A DNA stretch of 64,000 nt, taken from assembly GCA_963761305.1 (NCBI GenBank), contig CAVXGK010000002.1:800001-864000 (forward strand). Reading direction: 5' to 3'. The position numbers and the translations under genes were made by a program. The notes under the pieces are model-generated. The model did no database searches. It had not been told where the DNA came from and worked only from the letters and a program-made list of their open reading frames with translations. The stretch comes from an uncultured Gemmatimonadaceae bacterium. Lineage in GTDB: Bacteria; Gemmatimonadota; Gemmatimonadetes; Gemmatimonadales; Gemmatimonadaceae. This document shows positions 31,255 to 41,229 of this stretch, one piece after another; positions within the stretch are counted from its first letter, which is position 1, and every line of letters begins with the position of its first letter.

Positions 31255-31809
31255 TTACAATTTCGGCAGCGTGACGCCGACTTGGCTCTGGTACTTGCCG
31301 CCCTTGTCCTTGTAGGAGACTTCCGGCTCTTCTTCGCCACGGAAAAAGAGCACCTGCGCGATGCCTTCGTTGGCGTAGATCTTGGCGGGGAGGGGCGTCG
31401 TGTTGGAGATCTCCAGCGTCACGAAGCCTTCCCACTCCGGCTCGAAGGGCGTGACGTTGGTGATGATCCCACATCGCGCGTAGGTCGACTTCCCGACGGT
31501 CACCGTGAGGATGTTGCGCGGGATTCGGAAGTACTCGACCGACCTCGCCAGCGCGAACGAGTTGGGCGGCACGATGCACACGTCGCCCTCGAACTCGACG
31601 AACGACCTCGGGTCGAATGCCTTGGGGTCGACGATCGAGCTCAGGACGTTGGTGAAGATCCGGAACTCCCGCGCCACGCGCATGTCGTAGCCGTACGAGC
31701 TCACGCCGTACGAGATCACCCCTTTGCGCACCTGGCGCCCCTCGAAGGGCTCGATCATCCGGTGGTCCTGCGCCATCCGGGTGATCCAACGGTCTGACAT
31801 GATGGTCAT
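31255..31809 (-). CDS. dcd: dCTP deaminase
   Basis: [43 protein letters not shown]. Confidence 0.96.
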   Translation of the reverse strand: MTIMSDRWITRMAQDHRMIEPFEGRQVRKGVISYGVSSYGYDMRVAREFRIFTNVLSSIVDPKAFDPRSFVEFEGDVCIVPPNSFALARSVEYFRIPRNILTVTVGKSTYARCGIITNVTPFEPEWEGFVTLEISNTTPLPAKIYANEGIAQVLFFRGEEEPEVSYKDKGGKYQSQVGVTLPKL

Positions 31810-31943
31810 TTCGAGGGGGGGAGGTGTGAGGGGGCGGCGTGCGGTGAACGGCGAGGAGGGCGAGTGCGGTGAACGGCGCGCGGAAGTTTATTCGCGCGCG
31901 GTCGCCGCGCCAAGCACGTCGCGCCAACACGGATGTCGCGCCG

Positions 31944-31972
31944 TTGACCCACTCTCCAGCGTCGGATAACTT
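31944..31972 (+). promoter_or_regulatory. Putative sigma70 promoter of the nuo operon
   Basis: TTGACC-N17-TAACTT. Confidence 0.65.
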
Positions 31973-31986
31973 TCCGCGGCTGGACT

Positions 31987-32004
31987 TAGTGAAAGTTTTC
32001 ACGA
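31987..32004. promoter_or_regulatory. Rex-like operator
   Basis: TAGTGAA-AGTT-TTCACGA versus Rex consensus TTGTGAA-N4-TTCACAA (12 of 14), between the promoter and the nuoA RBS. Confidence 0.65.
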
Positions 32005-32016
32005 AGTGGGAGATTC

Positions 32017-32421
32017 ATGCTTCGTACGTACTTCCCAGTCCTGCTCCTCCTCGGCTTCGTCATCGCCAACGCGGTGCTGATGCTGGGTCTCTCCCACCTC
32101 GTTCTTCGCCCCCGTCCCACCCCGGTCAAACAGAGTCCATACGAGTCGGGAATGCCGGCCCTCGGCGACGCGCACGAGCGCTTCTCCGTGAAGTTCTACA
32201 TGGTGGCGGTGCTGTTCATCATCTTCGACATCGAAACGGTGTTCCTGATCCCGTGGGGAGCGTATTTCCGACAACTGTCGTGCACGCTTCCGATGGTCGA
32301 CAATGCGTGCCCAGCCGGCCACGTGTCACTGTTCGGCCTGTCCGAAATGATCGTGTTCATGATCATCCTCCTCGTGGGCTTCGTGTATGTGTGGAAGAAA
32401 GGAGCGCTGCAATGGGATTGA
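32017..32421 (+). CDS. nuoA: NADH-quinone oxidoreductase subunit A
   Basis: [27 protein letters not shown]. Confidence 0.96.
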   Translation: MLRTYFPVLLLLGFVIANAVLMLGLSHLVLRPRPTPVKQSPYESGMPALGDAHERFSVKFYMVAVLFIIFDIETVFLIPWGAYFRQLSCTLPMVDNACPAGHVSLFGLSEMIVFMIILLVGFVYVWKKGALQWD

Positions 32422-33038
32422 GTACCCCCCCCCGTCCCGAATCGCGCCTCGTTCAGACCACGAGCGAGGAACCGTGGATCACGACGCGTCTGGACGCGTT
32501 CATCAACTGGGGTCGCAAGAACTCGCTCTGGCCGATGCCGTTCGGCACCGCGTGTTGCGCGATCGAGTTCATGGCGACCGCGGCGAGCAAGTACGACCTC
32601 GCGCGATTCGGCATGGAACGTCAGGCGTTTTCGCCGCGCCAAGCTGATCTCCTGATCTGCGCCGGCCGCGTGCCGTTCAAGCTCGCGCCCGTGCTGCGAC
32701 GAATCTGGCAGCAGATGCCGCAGCCCAAGTGGTGCATCTCGATGGGCGCGTGCGCGTCGAGCGGGGGCATGTTCGACAATTACGCCGTCGTGCAGGGGAT
32801 CGACACGATCATCCCGGTCGACGTCTACGTGCCGGGCTGCCCGCCGAGGCCGGAAGGACTCCTCTACGGCATCATGATGCTGCAGAAGAAGGTGGAGAAG
32901 GAGCGCATGGCGGACAAATCGCTGCGCGACGAGATGGAGCCGGATCCCACGAGCCAGCTGTTCATCGCGCCGTCGGAGATCGACGAGGTGTCGGAGCCGT
33001 TCGGCAACTCGGTCCAACAGACGCGATCCGGCCTGTGA
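32412..33038 (+). CDS. nuoB: NADH-quinone oxidoreductase subunit B
   Basis: [28 protein letters not shown]. Confidence 0.97.
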   Translation: MGLSTPPRPESRLVQTTSEEPWITTRLDAFINWGRKNSLWPMPFGTACCAIEFMATAASKYDLARFGMERQAFSPRQADLLICAGRVPFKLAPVLRRIWQQMPQPKWCISMGACASSGGMFDNYAVVQGIDTIIPVDVYVPGCPPRPEGLLYGIMMLQKKVEKERMADKSLRDEMEPDPTSQLFIAPSEIDEVSEPFGNSVQQTRSGL

Positions 33039-33745
33039 GCAGCGACGCCTCATTCAAGCTGGTCGTGGCTGGAAGCGCGCTCGTCACCGGCGCCCCGTCG
33101 CCGTCGACACCCAAGACCGTCCCTCGCACCGGGACGCATCCGAATCCGTCCGCCGACGCGGTACGCGCGCAATTCCCCGACGTCGTCCAGCGCGTCGACG
33201 TCGTGTGGGGAGAGACGACGATCATCATCGATCCGGCGAGCGTGCACGACGTCATCCTCTGGCTGCACGAGGACGAAGGGCAGCGCTACGACTATCTGTC
33301 GGACGTCACGGCGGTCGAGTACCGCGACCTCGAGCGGCCGATCGAGGTCGTGTGGCATCTGCGATCGTTGCCGTTCCGGCGCTTCCTGCGCGTGAAGATG
33401 GTGATCCCGCCCGGCGCCGCGCTCAGCGTGCCGAGCGTGTGGGACGTGTATAAGTCGGCGGATTGGCTCGAGCGTGAATGCTATGACATGTTCGGCATCA
33501 CGTTCGCCGGCCATCCGGACCTGCGCCGCATTCTGATGTGGGAGCAGTACAAGGAAGGCTATCCGTTGCGAAAGGATTTTCCGCTCCGTGGACGGTTCAG
33601 CCGCTCCGAGCAGCTTCGCCAAGCGCTCGCCGCGAACCCCGAGGCGCGGTACTCACAGGACGAGCTCACGATCGCGCAGGCGCTCGAGGATCTGCCGTCG
33701 GACATGCGGCGGCGCCTCTCCTCGGGCGAACGGACGGGCGAGTAG
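33035..33745 (+). CDS. nuoC: NADH-quinone oxidoreductase subunit C
   Basis: [35 protein letters not shown]. Confidence 0.95.
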   Translation: MSSDASFKLVVAGSALVTGAPSPSTPKTVPRTGTHPNPSADAVRAQFPDVVQRVDVVWGETTIIIDPASVHDVILWLHEDEGQRYDYLSDVTAVEYRDLERPIEVVWHLRSLPFRRFLRVKMVIPPGAALSVPSVWDVYKSADWLERECYDMFGITFAGHPDLRRILMWEQYKEGYPLRKDFPLRGRFSRSEQLRQALAANPEARYSQDELTIAQALEDLPSDMRRRLSSGERTGE

Positions 33746-33746
33746 C

Positions 33747-35060
33747 ATGGCGACCACGAAACGCACCGTCGACGTCGAGCTTTCGACTAGCGGCCTGGAT
33801 GCGCAGGGCCGGCCGCGCCGCGTCCCGCTCGCGGTCGACGAAGCGGGCAACACCGTCGCCGTCGCCGAGCCGCCGGGTCTCGAGCCGGATCTCGAGGGTG
33901 AGCACATGCTCATCAACATCGGGCCGCAGCATCCGGCGACGCACGGCGTGCTGCGCCTGGTGCTCGAGCTGGACGGCGAGACGGTGGTGCGGTGCATTCC
34001 GCACGTCGGTTATCTCCACTGCGGCTTCGAGAAGATCGGCGAGTATCGCCAGTACAATCAGATCATCCCGTGGACCGACCGCGAGGACTATCTGAACTCG
34101 CCGGGCAACAACGTCGCCTTCGCGCTTGGCGCCGAACGGCTGTTCGGCATCGAGATCACCGAGCGCTGCAAGGTGCTGCGCGTGATGGCCTGCGAGTTGT
34201 CGCGCATCATGTCGCACCTGGTGTGGCTCGGCACGACGTGCATCGACATCGGCGCGTACACGCCGTTCCTGTGGGCGTTCCAGCAGCGCGAGAAGATCTA
34301 CGAGATGCTCGAGTCGTGGATCGGCGCGCGCCTCACGACGACGCTCACGCGCGTCGGCGGCATGGGCGCCGACATCCCGGACAAGTGGATCGAGCAGTTG
34401 ACGGCCTTCGTGACGGGTTTCCCGAAAGTCGTCGACGAAATCGACCGCGTCATCACGCGCAACGGCATCTGGGTCGGACGCACCGTCGGACTCGGCGTGA
34501 TGTCCAGCGACGAGGCGATCAACTACGGACTCTCGGGCCCGATGATTCGCGCGTCGGGCGTCGCGTTCGACGTGCGCAAGGACTTTCCGTATCTCGACTA
34601 CGAGACGTACGACTTCGACGTCCCCGTCGGCACCAACGGCGACGTCTACGATCGCTTTCTCGTGCGCATGGAGGAAATGCGGCAGTCGACGCGCATCCTC
34701 CAGCAGGCGATCGGCCGCTTGCCCGAGGGGCCGGTCAACGTGGACGACCACCGCGTCATTCTCCCGCCCAAGAGCAAAGCGACGAGCGACATGGAGTCGA
34801 TGATCCATCACTTCAAGCAAGTGATGGAAGGCCCGCGTCCACCGATCGGCGAATGCTACGTCGCCGTCGAGAGCCCCAAGGGAGAGAAGGGCTACTATAT
34901 GGTTTCCGACGGCTCGCCCAAGCCCGTGCGCTGGCGCATTCGACCGCCGTCGTTCGTGAACCTCTCGGCGATTCCTCGCATGGTCGAAGGACATCTGCTC
35001 TCCGACGTCATCGCGATCAACGCGTCGATCGACATCGTCATGGGAGAGATCGACCGGTGA
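33747..35060 (+). CDS. nuoD: NADH-quinone oxidoreductase subunit D
   Basis: NIGPQHPATHGVLRL, GYLHCGFEK, ESPKGE, DIVMGEIDR. Confidence 0.97.
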   Translation: MATTKRTVDVELSTSGLDAQGRPRRVPLAVDEAGNTVAVAEPPGLEPDLEGEHMLINIGPQHPATHGVLRLVLELDGETVVRCIPHVGYLHCGFEKIGEYRQYNQIIPWTDREDYLNSPGNNVAFALGAERLFGIEITERCKVLRVMACELSRIMSHLVWLGTTCIDIGAYTPFLWAFQQREKIYEMLESWIGARLTTTLTRVGGMGADIPDKWIEQLTAFVTGFPKVVDEIDRVITRNGIWVGRTVGLGVMSSDEAINYGLSGPMIRASGVAFDVRKDFPYLDYETYDFDVPVGTNGDVYDRFLVRMEEMRQSTRILQQAIGRLPEGPVNVDDHRVILPPKSKATSDMESMIHHFKQVMEGPRPPIGECYVAVESPKGEKGYYMVSDGSPKPVRWRIRPPSFVNLSAIPRMVEGHLLSDVIAINASIDIVMGEIDR

Positions 35061-35109
35061 GCGGACTGCGGAGTGCGGAGACCAGCAACTCAATGACGGA
35101 GACTGATCG

Positions 35110-35616
35110 GTGAGTCACGTTCACACCGAGCCATACGCGCCTGTCTTCACCGCCGGCAGTGCGCGGCGCAAGGAACTCGACGAGATCCTCACGCGCTATC
35201 CGACCAAAATGGCCGCGCTGCTTCCCGCGCTCTGGATGGTGCAGCACGAGCGCGGGTGGGTGAGCGACGACGGGATGGCCGAGGTCGCGGCGGTGCTGGA
35301 TCTCACGCCGGCGTACGTGAAAGGCGTCGTGACGTTCTACACGATGTACCACCAGCACCCGGTCGGCCGGCACTTCATTCAAGTGTGCACGACGTCGCCG
35401 TGCAACGTCTGCGGCGCCGAGGGCGTGGTCGACGCGTTCCTGAAACACACGGGTTGCTTCGAGCTTGGCCAAACCTCCGCCGACGGCAAGTTCACCGTGA
35501 TCGAAGTCGAATGCCTTGGCGCGTGTGGGTTCGCCACGCCGATCATGATCAACGAAGACTTCATCGAGTCGGTGACTCCGGAGAAGGTGCCGGAGATCCT
35601 GGCCGGACTCGCCTGA
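35110..35616 (+). CDS. nuoE: NADH-quinone oxidoreductase subunit E
   Basis: TFYTMY, CTTSPC, VECLGAC. Confidence 0.95.
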   Translation: MSHVHTEPYAPVFTAGSARRKELDEILTRYPTKMAALLPALWMVQHERGWVSDDGMAEVAAVLDLTPAYVKGVVTFYTMYHQHPVGRHFIQVCTTSPCNVCGAEGVVDAFLKHTGCFELGQTSADGKFTVIEVECLGACGFATPIMINEDFIESVTPEKVPEILAGLA

Positions 35617-35619
35617 CGC

Positions 35620-36933
35620 ATGGGATATCCGCACGCACCGCACCGGCGTGAAGCAGTCGTTCTCTCCAAGCATTTTGGCGAGAAGGACGCGACCACGCTG
35701 TCCGGCTGGAAGAAGCGCGGCGGCTACGCGGCGCTCGAGAAGGCGCTCGCGATGCAGCCGGCCGACATCGTGAACGTGGTGAAAGACTCCGGACTGCGCG
35801 GCCGCGGCGGCGCCGGCTTCCCGACGGGCCTCAAGTGGTCGTTCATGAAGCCCGGCGATGGCAAGCCGCACTATCTCTGCTGCAACGCCGACGAGTCCGA
35901 GCCCGGCACGTTCAAGGACCGCGAGATCATGCGGTGGACGCCGCACGCGCTCGTCGAAGGCTGCGCGATCGGCTCGTACGCGATCGGCGCCGAGACGTGC
36001 TACATCTACATTCGCGGCGAGTTCACCGAGCCGATCGCGCGCGTCGAGGCGGCACTCGAGGAGTGCTACTCCGCGGGCATCCTCGGCAAGAACGCGATGG
36101 GCAGCGGCAAGACGGTGAACGTCTGGGTGCATCGCGGCGCGGGCGCGTACATCTGCGGCGAAGAGACCGCGCTGATGAATTCGCTCGAGGGCAAGCGCGG
36201 CAACCCACGCATCAAACCGCCGTTCCCGGCGGTTTCCGGCGTGTTCGCGCAGCCCACGACGATCAACAACGTCGAGACGCTCGCCGCCGTGCCGCCGATT
36301 CTCCAGAACGGCGCCGCGTGGTACAAGCAGTGGATGCGCGCCGACAACCCCAAGAGCACCGGCACCAAGCTGTACTCCGTGTGCGGCAACATCCAGAAGC
36401 CCGGCAACTACGAAGTCCCGATGGGCTTTCCGTTCAAAGAATTCTTGTACGATCTCTGCGGCGGTCCGCCGCAGGGCCGCAAGTTCAAGGCGATCATTCC
36501 GGGCGGCATCTCGGTGCCGCTTCAAACCGTCGACGAGGCCGAGTCGACCTTCATGGACTACGAGGGCTTCGTGGCGCAGGGCACAATGCTCGGCTCCGGC
36601 GGCGTGATCTGCATCGACGACTCGCAGAATCTGGTGAAGCAGATCGCGCGCGCGGCGCGGTTCTTCGCCCACGAAAGCTGCGCGCAGTGCACGCAGTGCC
36701 GAGAGGGCACGGCGTGGACCACGAAAATCCTCGAGCGCATCGTCGTCGGCGACGGAACGCCGGAGGATCTCGACACGTTGCTCTCGATCGCCGACAACAT
36801 GACCGGCAAGACGATCTGCGTCCTCAGCGACTCTTGCGCGGTCCCGGTCGTGTCCGGTCTCAAGAAATTCCGCGCCGACTTCGAGGCGCTCATCAAGACG
36901 AAACGCACGATCCTCGTGCCGGCGGTGGCCTGA
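35620..36933 (+). CDS. nuoF: NADH-quinone oxidoreductase subunit F
   Basis: GRGGAGFPTG, NADESEPG, GAGAYICGEETAL, ESCAQCTQCREG. Confidence 0.97.
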   Translation: MGYPHAPHRREAVVLSKHFGEKDATTLSGWKKRGGYAALEKALAMQPADIVNVVKDSGLRGRGGAGFPTGLKWSFMKPGDGKPHYLCCNADESEPGTFKDREIMRWTPHALVEGCAIGSYAIGAETCYIYIRGEFTEPIARVEAALEECYSAGILGKNAMGSGKTVNVWVHRGAGAYICGEETALMNSLEGKRGNPRIKPPFPAVSGVFAQPTTINNVETLAAVPPILQNGAAWYKQWMRADNPKSTGTKLYSVCGNIQKPGNYEVPMGFPFKEFLYDLCGGPPQGRKFKAIIPGGISVPLQTVDEAESTFMDYEGFVAQGTMLGSGGVICIDDSQNLVKQIARAARFFAHESCAQCTQCREGTAWTTKILERIVVGDGTPEDLDTLLSIADNMTGKTICVLSDSCAVPVVSGLKKFRADFEALIKTKRTILVPAVA

Positions 36934-38510
36934 TGGCAGACGCACCTCCGGGCGTAACGCTCACGATCGAGGGACGGCAGGTTACCGTCCCGGCGGGCAC
37001 GTCGATCCTCGAGGCGGCGAAGTACGCCGGCGTGCTCGTGCCGCACTACTGCTACCACCCGGGGCTGCCCGTCGCCGGCGTGTGCCGCATGTGCCTCGTC
37101 GAGGTCGAGAAGGCGCCCAAGCTCGCGCCGTCGTGCGCGACGGCGGTGGCCGAGGGCAACGTCGTCCACGTGCACTCCCCCAAGTCGATCGAGGCGCGCA
37201 AAGGCGTCCTCGAGATGCTGCTCATCAACCACCCGCTCGATTGCCCGATCTGCGATCAGGCCGGCGAGTGCGAGCTGCAGGACTACACGTACATGGAAGG
37301 CCGCGGCGAAGGACGCTACCGGGATCCCAAGCGCTTCAATCCGGTCGAGGATTTCGGCGGCGACGTGATGTACACGCCGAACCGCTGCATCCTCTGCACG
37401 CGCTGCGTGCGTTTCATGGAAGACGTCGCGCACGATCCCGTGCTCAACGTGAGCGAGCGCGGCGACCGTGCGTATATCGGCAAGTTCGAGGGCAAGGACC
37501 TCACGCATGCGTGGGCCGGCAACGTCATCGATCTATGCCCGGTGGGTGCCCTGCTGTCCAAAGATTCGTTGAATAAAGCGCGCGCGTGGGAGCTCGACCG
37601 GACGGCGTCAGTGTGCCCGAACTGCTCGCAGGGCTGCAACATGATCGTCGAGACGCGCGACAACGTCGTCGTGAAGCTGCGTCCGCGTCCCAACGACGAG
37701 GTGAACTCGTACTTCATGTGCGACCACGGCCGGCTCAACTACCGCTGGATGAACCGGCAGGATCGCGTCGACGTGCCGATGGTCCGCCGCGGCGACGCGA
37801 TGGCCGGCATCGATTGGCCGGTCGCCATCGCCGAAGCGGCGCGGGTCCTCAACGGCAAAAAAGCATTCGTGCTCGCCTCGCCCAACCTCTCGAATGAAGC
37901 GCTCTTCCTGCTCTCCAAGCTCGTGAAGGAAACGGGCGGGAAGGGCGCCTTCCGCGTGCAGCAGAGCGACGAAGCGCCGCTCCCGGGCGTCGAGGATCTC
38001 TCGCTGCGCAAGGATCGCGCGGCCAACGGGCGCGGCGCCGAACTCCTCGGCTTCAAGCAAAGCGCGACGCCGCTGTCGGGCCTCGCCAACGGCGACGTGC
38101 TCGTCGTCGCCGACGAAGAGTTGATCGGCGCCGACGCGGCGGACGTCGCGAAAGCGAGCGCGATCGTCGTCATCTCGACGACGCTCCCGCCGTGGGCGCG
38201 TCATCTCGCCGCCGCCGTTCTGCCGATCGCCAACTTCACGGAAGAAGAGGGCACGTTCACCAACCTGCGCGGCCGCGTCCAGCGCTTCATGCAGGCGAAG
38301 GCCGCGCCGGGCTTCGCTCGGCCCAGCTGGTTCGTGGTCGCCGATCTGCTGGCCGCCCTCGGCACGCCCGAGGACTATTCGCTGGCGAGCGACGTCTTCG
38401 CCGCGCTCGCCGGCGCGCAGCCCGAATTCGCCGGCATGTCATACGACCGGCTGGGTCTCAAGGGCAGGCTGATCGCCGGCGAGAAGCCGCGCGTGGGAGC
38501 ACCCGCGTGA
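36933..38510 (+). CDS. nuoG: NADH-quinone oxidoreductase subunit G (short, 525 aa)
   Basis: CYHP..GVCRMC, HPLDCPICDQAGEC, CILCTRC, N7-type CPNCSQGC...C. Confidence 0.93.
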   Translation: MADAPPGVTLTIEGRQVTVPAGTSILEAAKYAGVLVPHYCYHPGLPVAGVCRMCLVEVEKAPKLAPSCATAVAEGNVVHVHSPKSIEARKGVLEMLLINHPLDCPICDQAGECELQDYTYMEGRGEGRYRDPKRFNPVEDFGGDVMYTPNRCILCTRCVRFMEDVAHDPVLNVSERGDRAYIGKFEGKDLTHAWAGNVIDLCPVGALLSKDSLNKARAWELDRTASVCPNCSQGCNMIVETRDNVVVKLRPRPNDEVNSYFMCDHGRLNYRWMNRQDRVDVPMVRRGDAMAGIDWPVAIAEAARVLNGKKAFVLASPNLSNEALFLLSKLVKETGGKGAFRVQQSDEAPLPGVEDLSLRKDRAANGRGAELLGFKQSATPLSGLANGDVLVVADEELIGADAADVAKASAIVVISTTLPPWARHLAAAVLPIANFTEEEGTFTNLRGRVQRFMQAKAAPGFARPSWFVVADLLAALGTPEDYSLASDVFAALAGAQPEFAGMSYDRLGLKGRLIAGEKPRVGAPA

Positions 38511-39850
38511 TCCTCGCGCTGCAGCAGACGCTGACGCAGTCGCCGACGAACGGGCTCCTCATCCTTCCGCCGCCGAGCCACGGCGGCGTGTGGTTCCTCG
38601 CCACCGTCGTGAAGATCCTCGTCCTCTTCACGATCTACATGGTCGGCGTGATGCTGGTGATCTGGGCCGAGCGGCGCATCTGCGCGTTCATCCAGGATCG
38701 CCGCGGACCGAATCGCGTCGGGCCGTTTGGATTGCTGCAGTCGGTGGCCGATGGCGTGAAGAACATCATGAAGGAAGAGACGTACCCCGGCCAGGCGTAC
38801 CTGCCGCTCTTCGTTCTCGCGCCGGTGATGTCGTTCGTGCCGGCGCTGCTCACCTGGGCGGTGATTCCGTACGGCGCGCCGTGGGATTCGAAGTGGGGCA
38901 CGATCGACACGGCGATCGCGCCGATGCCGGTCGGCTTCCTGTTCATTCTCGCGATCTCGTCGCTCGGCGTGTACGGCATCGTGCTGGCCGGCTGGTCGTC
39001 GAACAACAAGTACTCCCTGCTCGGCGGTCTGCGCTCGAGCGCGCAGATGATCTCGTACGAGATCTCGATGGGCATGTCGACGATTCCGGTGATCATCCTC
39101 GCCGGCAACGTTTCGCTCAGCCAGGTGGTGAATCAGCAGGCGGGTCGGGGACTGCACTGGAACGTGATCAACACGACGGTCGCGTTCTTCGTGTTCATGG
39201 TCGCCGCGTTTGCCGAGACAAACCGCGTGCCGTTCGATTTGCCCGAAGCCGAATCGGAGCTGGTGGCCGGGTATCACTCCGAGTACTCGTCGATGAAGTT
39301 CTCGATGTTCTTCATCGCCGAGTACTCGAACGTGATGACGGCGAGCGCGCTGATGTCGACGCTCTTCTTCGGCGGCTGGGACATTCCGTTCACCCAGTGG
39401 GACAACGTCGCGCCGCACACCTTTCTCAAAACGGTAGTGACGTTCGGGTTCTTCTGGGTGAAGATCCTCTTCTTCGTGTTCGTGTTCATCTGGATCCGCT
39501 GGACGCTGCCGCGCTTCCGCTACGATCAGCTCATGGCGCTCGGTTGGAAGTTCATGCTGCCGACGGCGCTGTCGTACATCGTCATCGTCGCGGCGGCGAC
39601 GCTCGGCCTCGACGCGGTGGGATTCCATCCCTCGTCGTGGCAGTTCGCGCTCGTCATGCTCGTCATCAACTTGGTGCTTCTGGTGATCATGTTCGGCGTC
39701 ATCGATCGCGGTCGGCTCATCAGCCCCGCGTATTCGCGCCTCGACAAGCGCAACCTGGCCAAGCTCCGCCGCGCGACGTTCGATCGCGAGCGGTATTCCG
39801 ACGCGCGGGAAGACGTCGGCGCGGGCGTGGTGCACGGAGGAGCCGACTGA
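38507..39850 (+). CDS. nuoH: NADH-quinone oxidoreductase subunit H
   Basis: AERR..QDRRGPNRVG, AQMISYE, AETNRVPFDLPEAESELVAG, PRFRYDQ. Confidence 0.97.
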   Translation: MILALQQTLTQSPTNGLLILPPPSHGGVWFLATVVKILVLFTIYMVGVMLVIWAERRICAFIQDRRGPNRVGPFGLLQSVADGVKNIMKEETYPGQAYLPLFVLAPVMSFVPALLTWAVIPYGAPWDSKWGTIDTAIAPMPVGFLFILAISSLGVYGIVLAGWSSNNKYSLLGGLRSSAQMISYEISMGMSTIPVIILAGNVSLSQVVNQQAGRGLHWNVINTTVAFFVFMVAAFAETNRVPFDLPEAESELVAGYHSEYSSMKFSMFFIAEYSNVMTASALMSTLFFGGWDIPFTQWDNVAPHTFLKTVVTFGFFWVKILFFVFVFIWIRWTLPRFRYDQLMALGWKFMLPTALSYIVIVAAATLGLDAVGFHPSSWQFALVMLVINLVLLVIMFGVIDRGRLISPAYSRLDKRNLAKLRRATFDRERYSDAREDVGAGVVHGGAD

Positions 39851-40347
39851 TGGCGATTGGTGTGAAGATTCTCGAGCGGCCCATCGCGAAGACGAGCTAT
39901 GTGCGCGCGTCGCTGCAGGGCATGGCGCTCACGCTCAAGCACCTGCTCGACCCGCAGAAAGTGACGTGGCAGTATCCGGAGCAAAAATGGCCGCTCTCGC
40001 CGCGGTGGCGGGGCACGCACCGGATGCTCACCACGGAAGACGGGAAGGCGAAATGCGTGGCGTGCGGTCTCTGTCCCAGCGTGTGCCCTGCGAACTGCAT
40101 CAAGCTCGTGCCGGGCGAAGACGAGAACGGGAACCGCTATCCACTCGTGTTCGAGATCGACGAGTTCCGCTGCATCTTCTGCGGCTACTGCCAGGAGGTC
40201 TGTCCCGAGGAAGCGATTCACCTCGGGCGGCACTATGAGAACTCGGAGTACAGCCGCGACGGATTCGTCTATGACCTGGAGCGCCTGACGTCCCAGACGC
40301 ATCCGGTGTCCGAGATGTGGGACCCCGCCGACCCGAAAGGCGAGTGA
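39850..40347 (+). CDS. nuoI: NADH-quinone oxidoreductase subunit I
   Basis: CVACGLC...CP and CIFCGYCQEVCP. Confidence 0.96.
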   Translation: MAIGVKILERPIAKTSYVRASLQGMALTLKHLLDPQKVTWQYPEQKWPLSPRWRGTHRMLTTEDGKAKCVACGLCPSVCPANCIKLVPGEDENGNRYPLVFEIDEFRCIFCGYCQEVCPEEAIHLGRHYENSEYSRDGFVYDLERLTSQTHPVSEMWDPADPKGE

Positions 40348-40946
40348 TGGTCGCGCCGCCCGCCCCGCTCGCACTACAGCAAGCCCCGTCCATGGCGCAC
40401 GGCGCGTTGCCGCTGCTGTTCACGTTCCATTTCTATCTGTTTGGACTCATCGGCATCGTGTCGGCGCTCTTGTTCGTGACGCGCAAGAGTCCGGTCGCCG
40501 CCGCGCTCTGGCTGGTGAACACGATGTTCTGCCTCGCCGCGCTGTTCGTGATGCTCGACGCGCAGTTCATCGGCGCCATTCAGGTGATCGTCTACGCCGG
40601 CGCGATCATGGTCGTGTTCCTGTTCGTGATCATGCTCCTCAACCTCGGCCAATCGCCGCCGGCCGACATTCGGGGCATCGGGTGGAAAATCGCGGCGGGC
40701 GCGGTCGGAATCGCCATTCTGGCGCAGGTGCTCGCGGTGACGCGCGCCAAGACACCGCCGACGCTGACGCTGCCGGCGGGCTTCGCCGCGAACCAGGTCG
40801 CGGCCACGGGCGCGATCGCGCCGTTCGCCGGCCCGCTGTTCAACCAGTATCTGCTCGCGTTCGAGATCACCAGCGTGCTGCTTCTGGCGGCGATCGTCGG
40901 CGCCGTCGTCGTCGGCCGTCAGCGCGGAGAAGACCTTGCTCGCTGA
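40347..40946 (+). CDS. nuoJ: NADH-quinone oxidoreductase subunit J
   Basis: [28 protein letters not shown]. Confidence 0.96.
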   Translation: MVAPPAPLALQQAPSMAHGALPLLFTFHFYLFGLIGIVSALLFVTRKSPVAAALWLVNTMFCLAALFVMLDAQFIGAIQVIVYAGAIMVVFLFVIMLLNLGQSPPADIRGIGWKIAAGAVGIAILAQVLAVTRAKTPPTLTLPAGFAANQVAATGAIAPFAGPLFNQYLLAFEITSVLLLAAIVGAVVVGRQRGEDLAR

Positions 40947-41229
40947 AGCGCTCTTTTTCTCGGCCGTGCTGTTCGTGATCGGCGTCTTCGGCGTGCTGAT
41001 TCGCCGCAACGCGATCATCGTGTTCATGTGCGTCGAGCTGATGCTCAACGCGGTGAATCTCACGTTCGTCGCGTTCGCGCAGGCCTACGGCGCGGCGGGA
41101 CAGGTGTTCGTGTTCTTCGTGATGACCGTCGCCGCGGCCGAAGCGGCCGTGGGTCTCGCGATCATCATCGCGCTGTTCCGCCATCGCCCGACGGTGGATC
41201 TCAAGAACATCAACCTCCTCAAAGGCTGA
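40936..41229 (+). CDS. nuoK: NADH-quinone oxidoreductase subunit K
   Basis: [24 protein letters not shown] start. Confidence 0.96.
   Translation: MLAEALFFSAVLFVIGVFGVLIRRNAIIVFMCVELMLNAVNLTFVAFAQAYGAAGQVFVFFVMTVAAAEAAVGLAIIIALFRHRPTVDLKNINLLKG

Noticed and set aside
32425..32433. C9 tract at the start of nuoB as a phase-variation site
   Set aside because: In frame, in an unconserved N-terminus of a core respiratory gene; no evidence of variation
35061..35081. Heptamer repeat GCGGACT GCGGAGT GCGGAGA between nuoD and nuoE
   Set aside because: Three degenerate units only; too short to interpret
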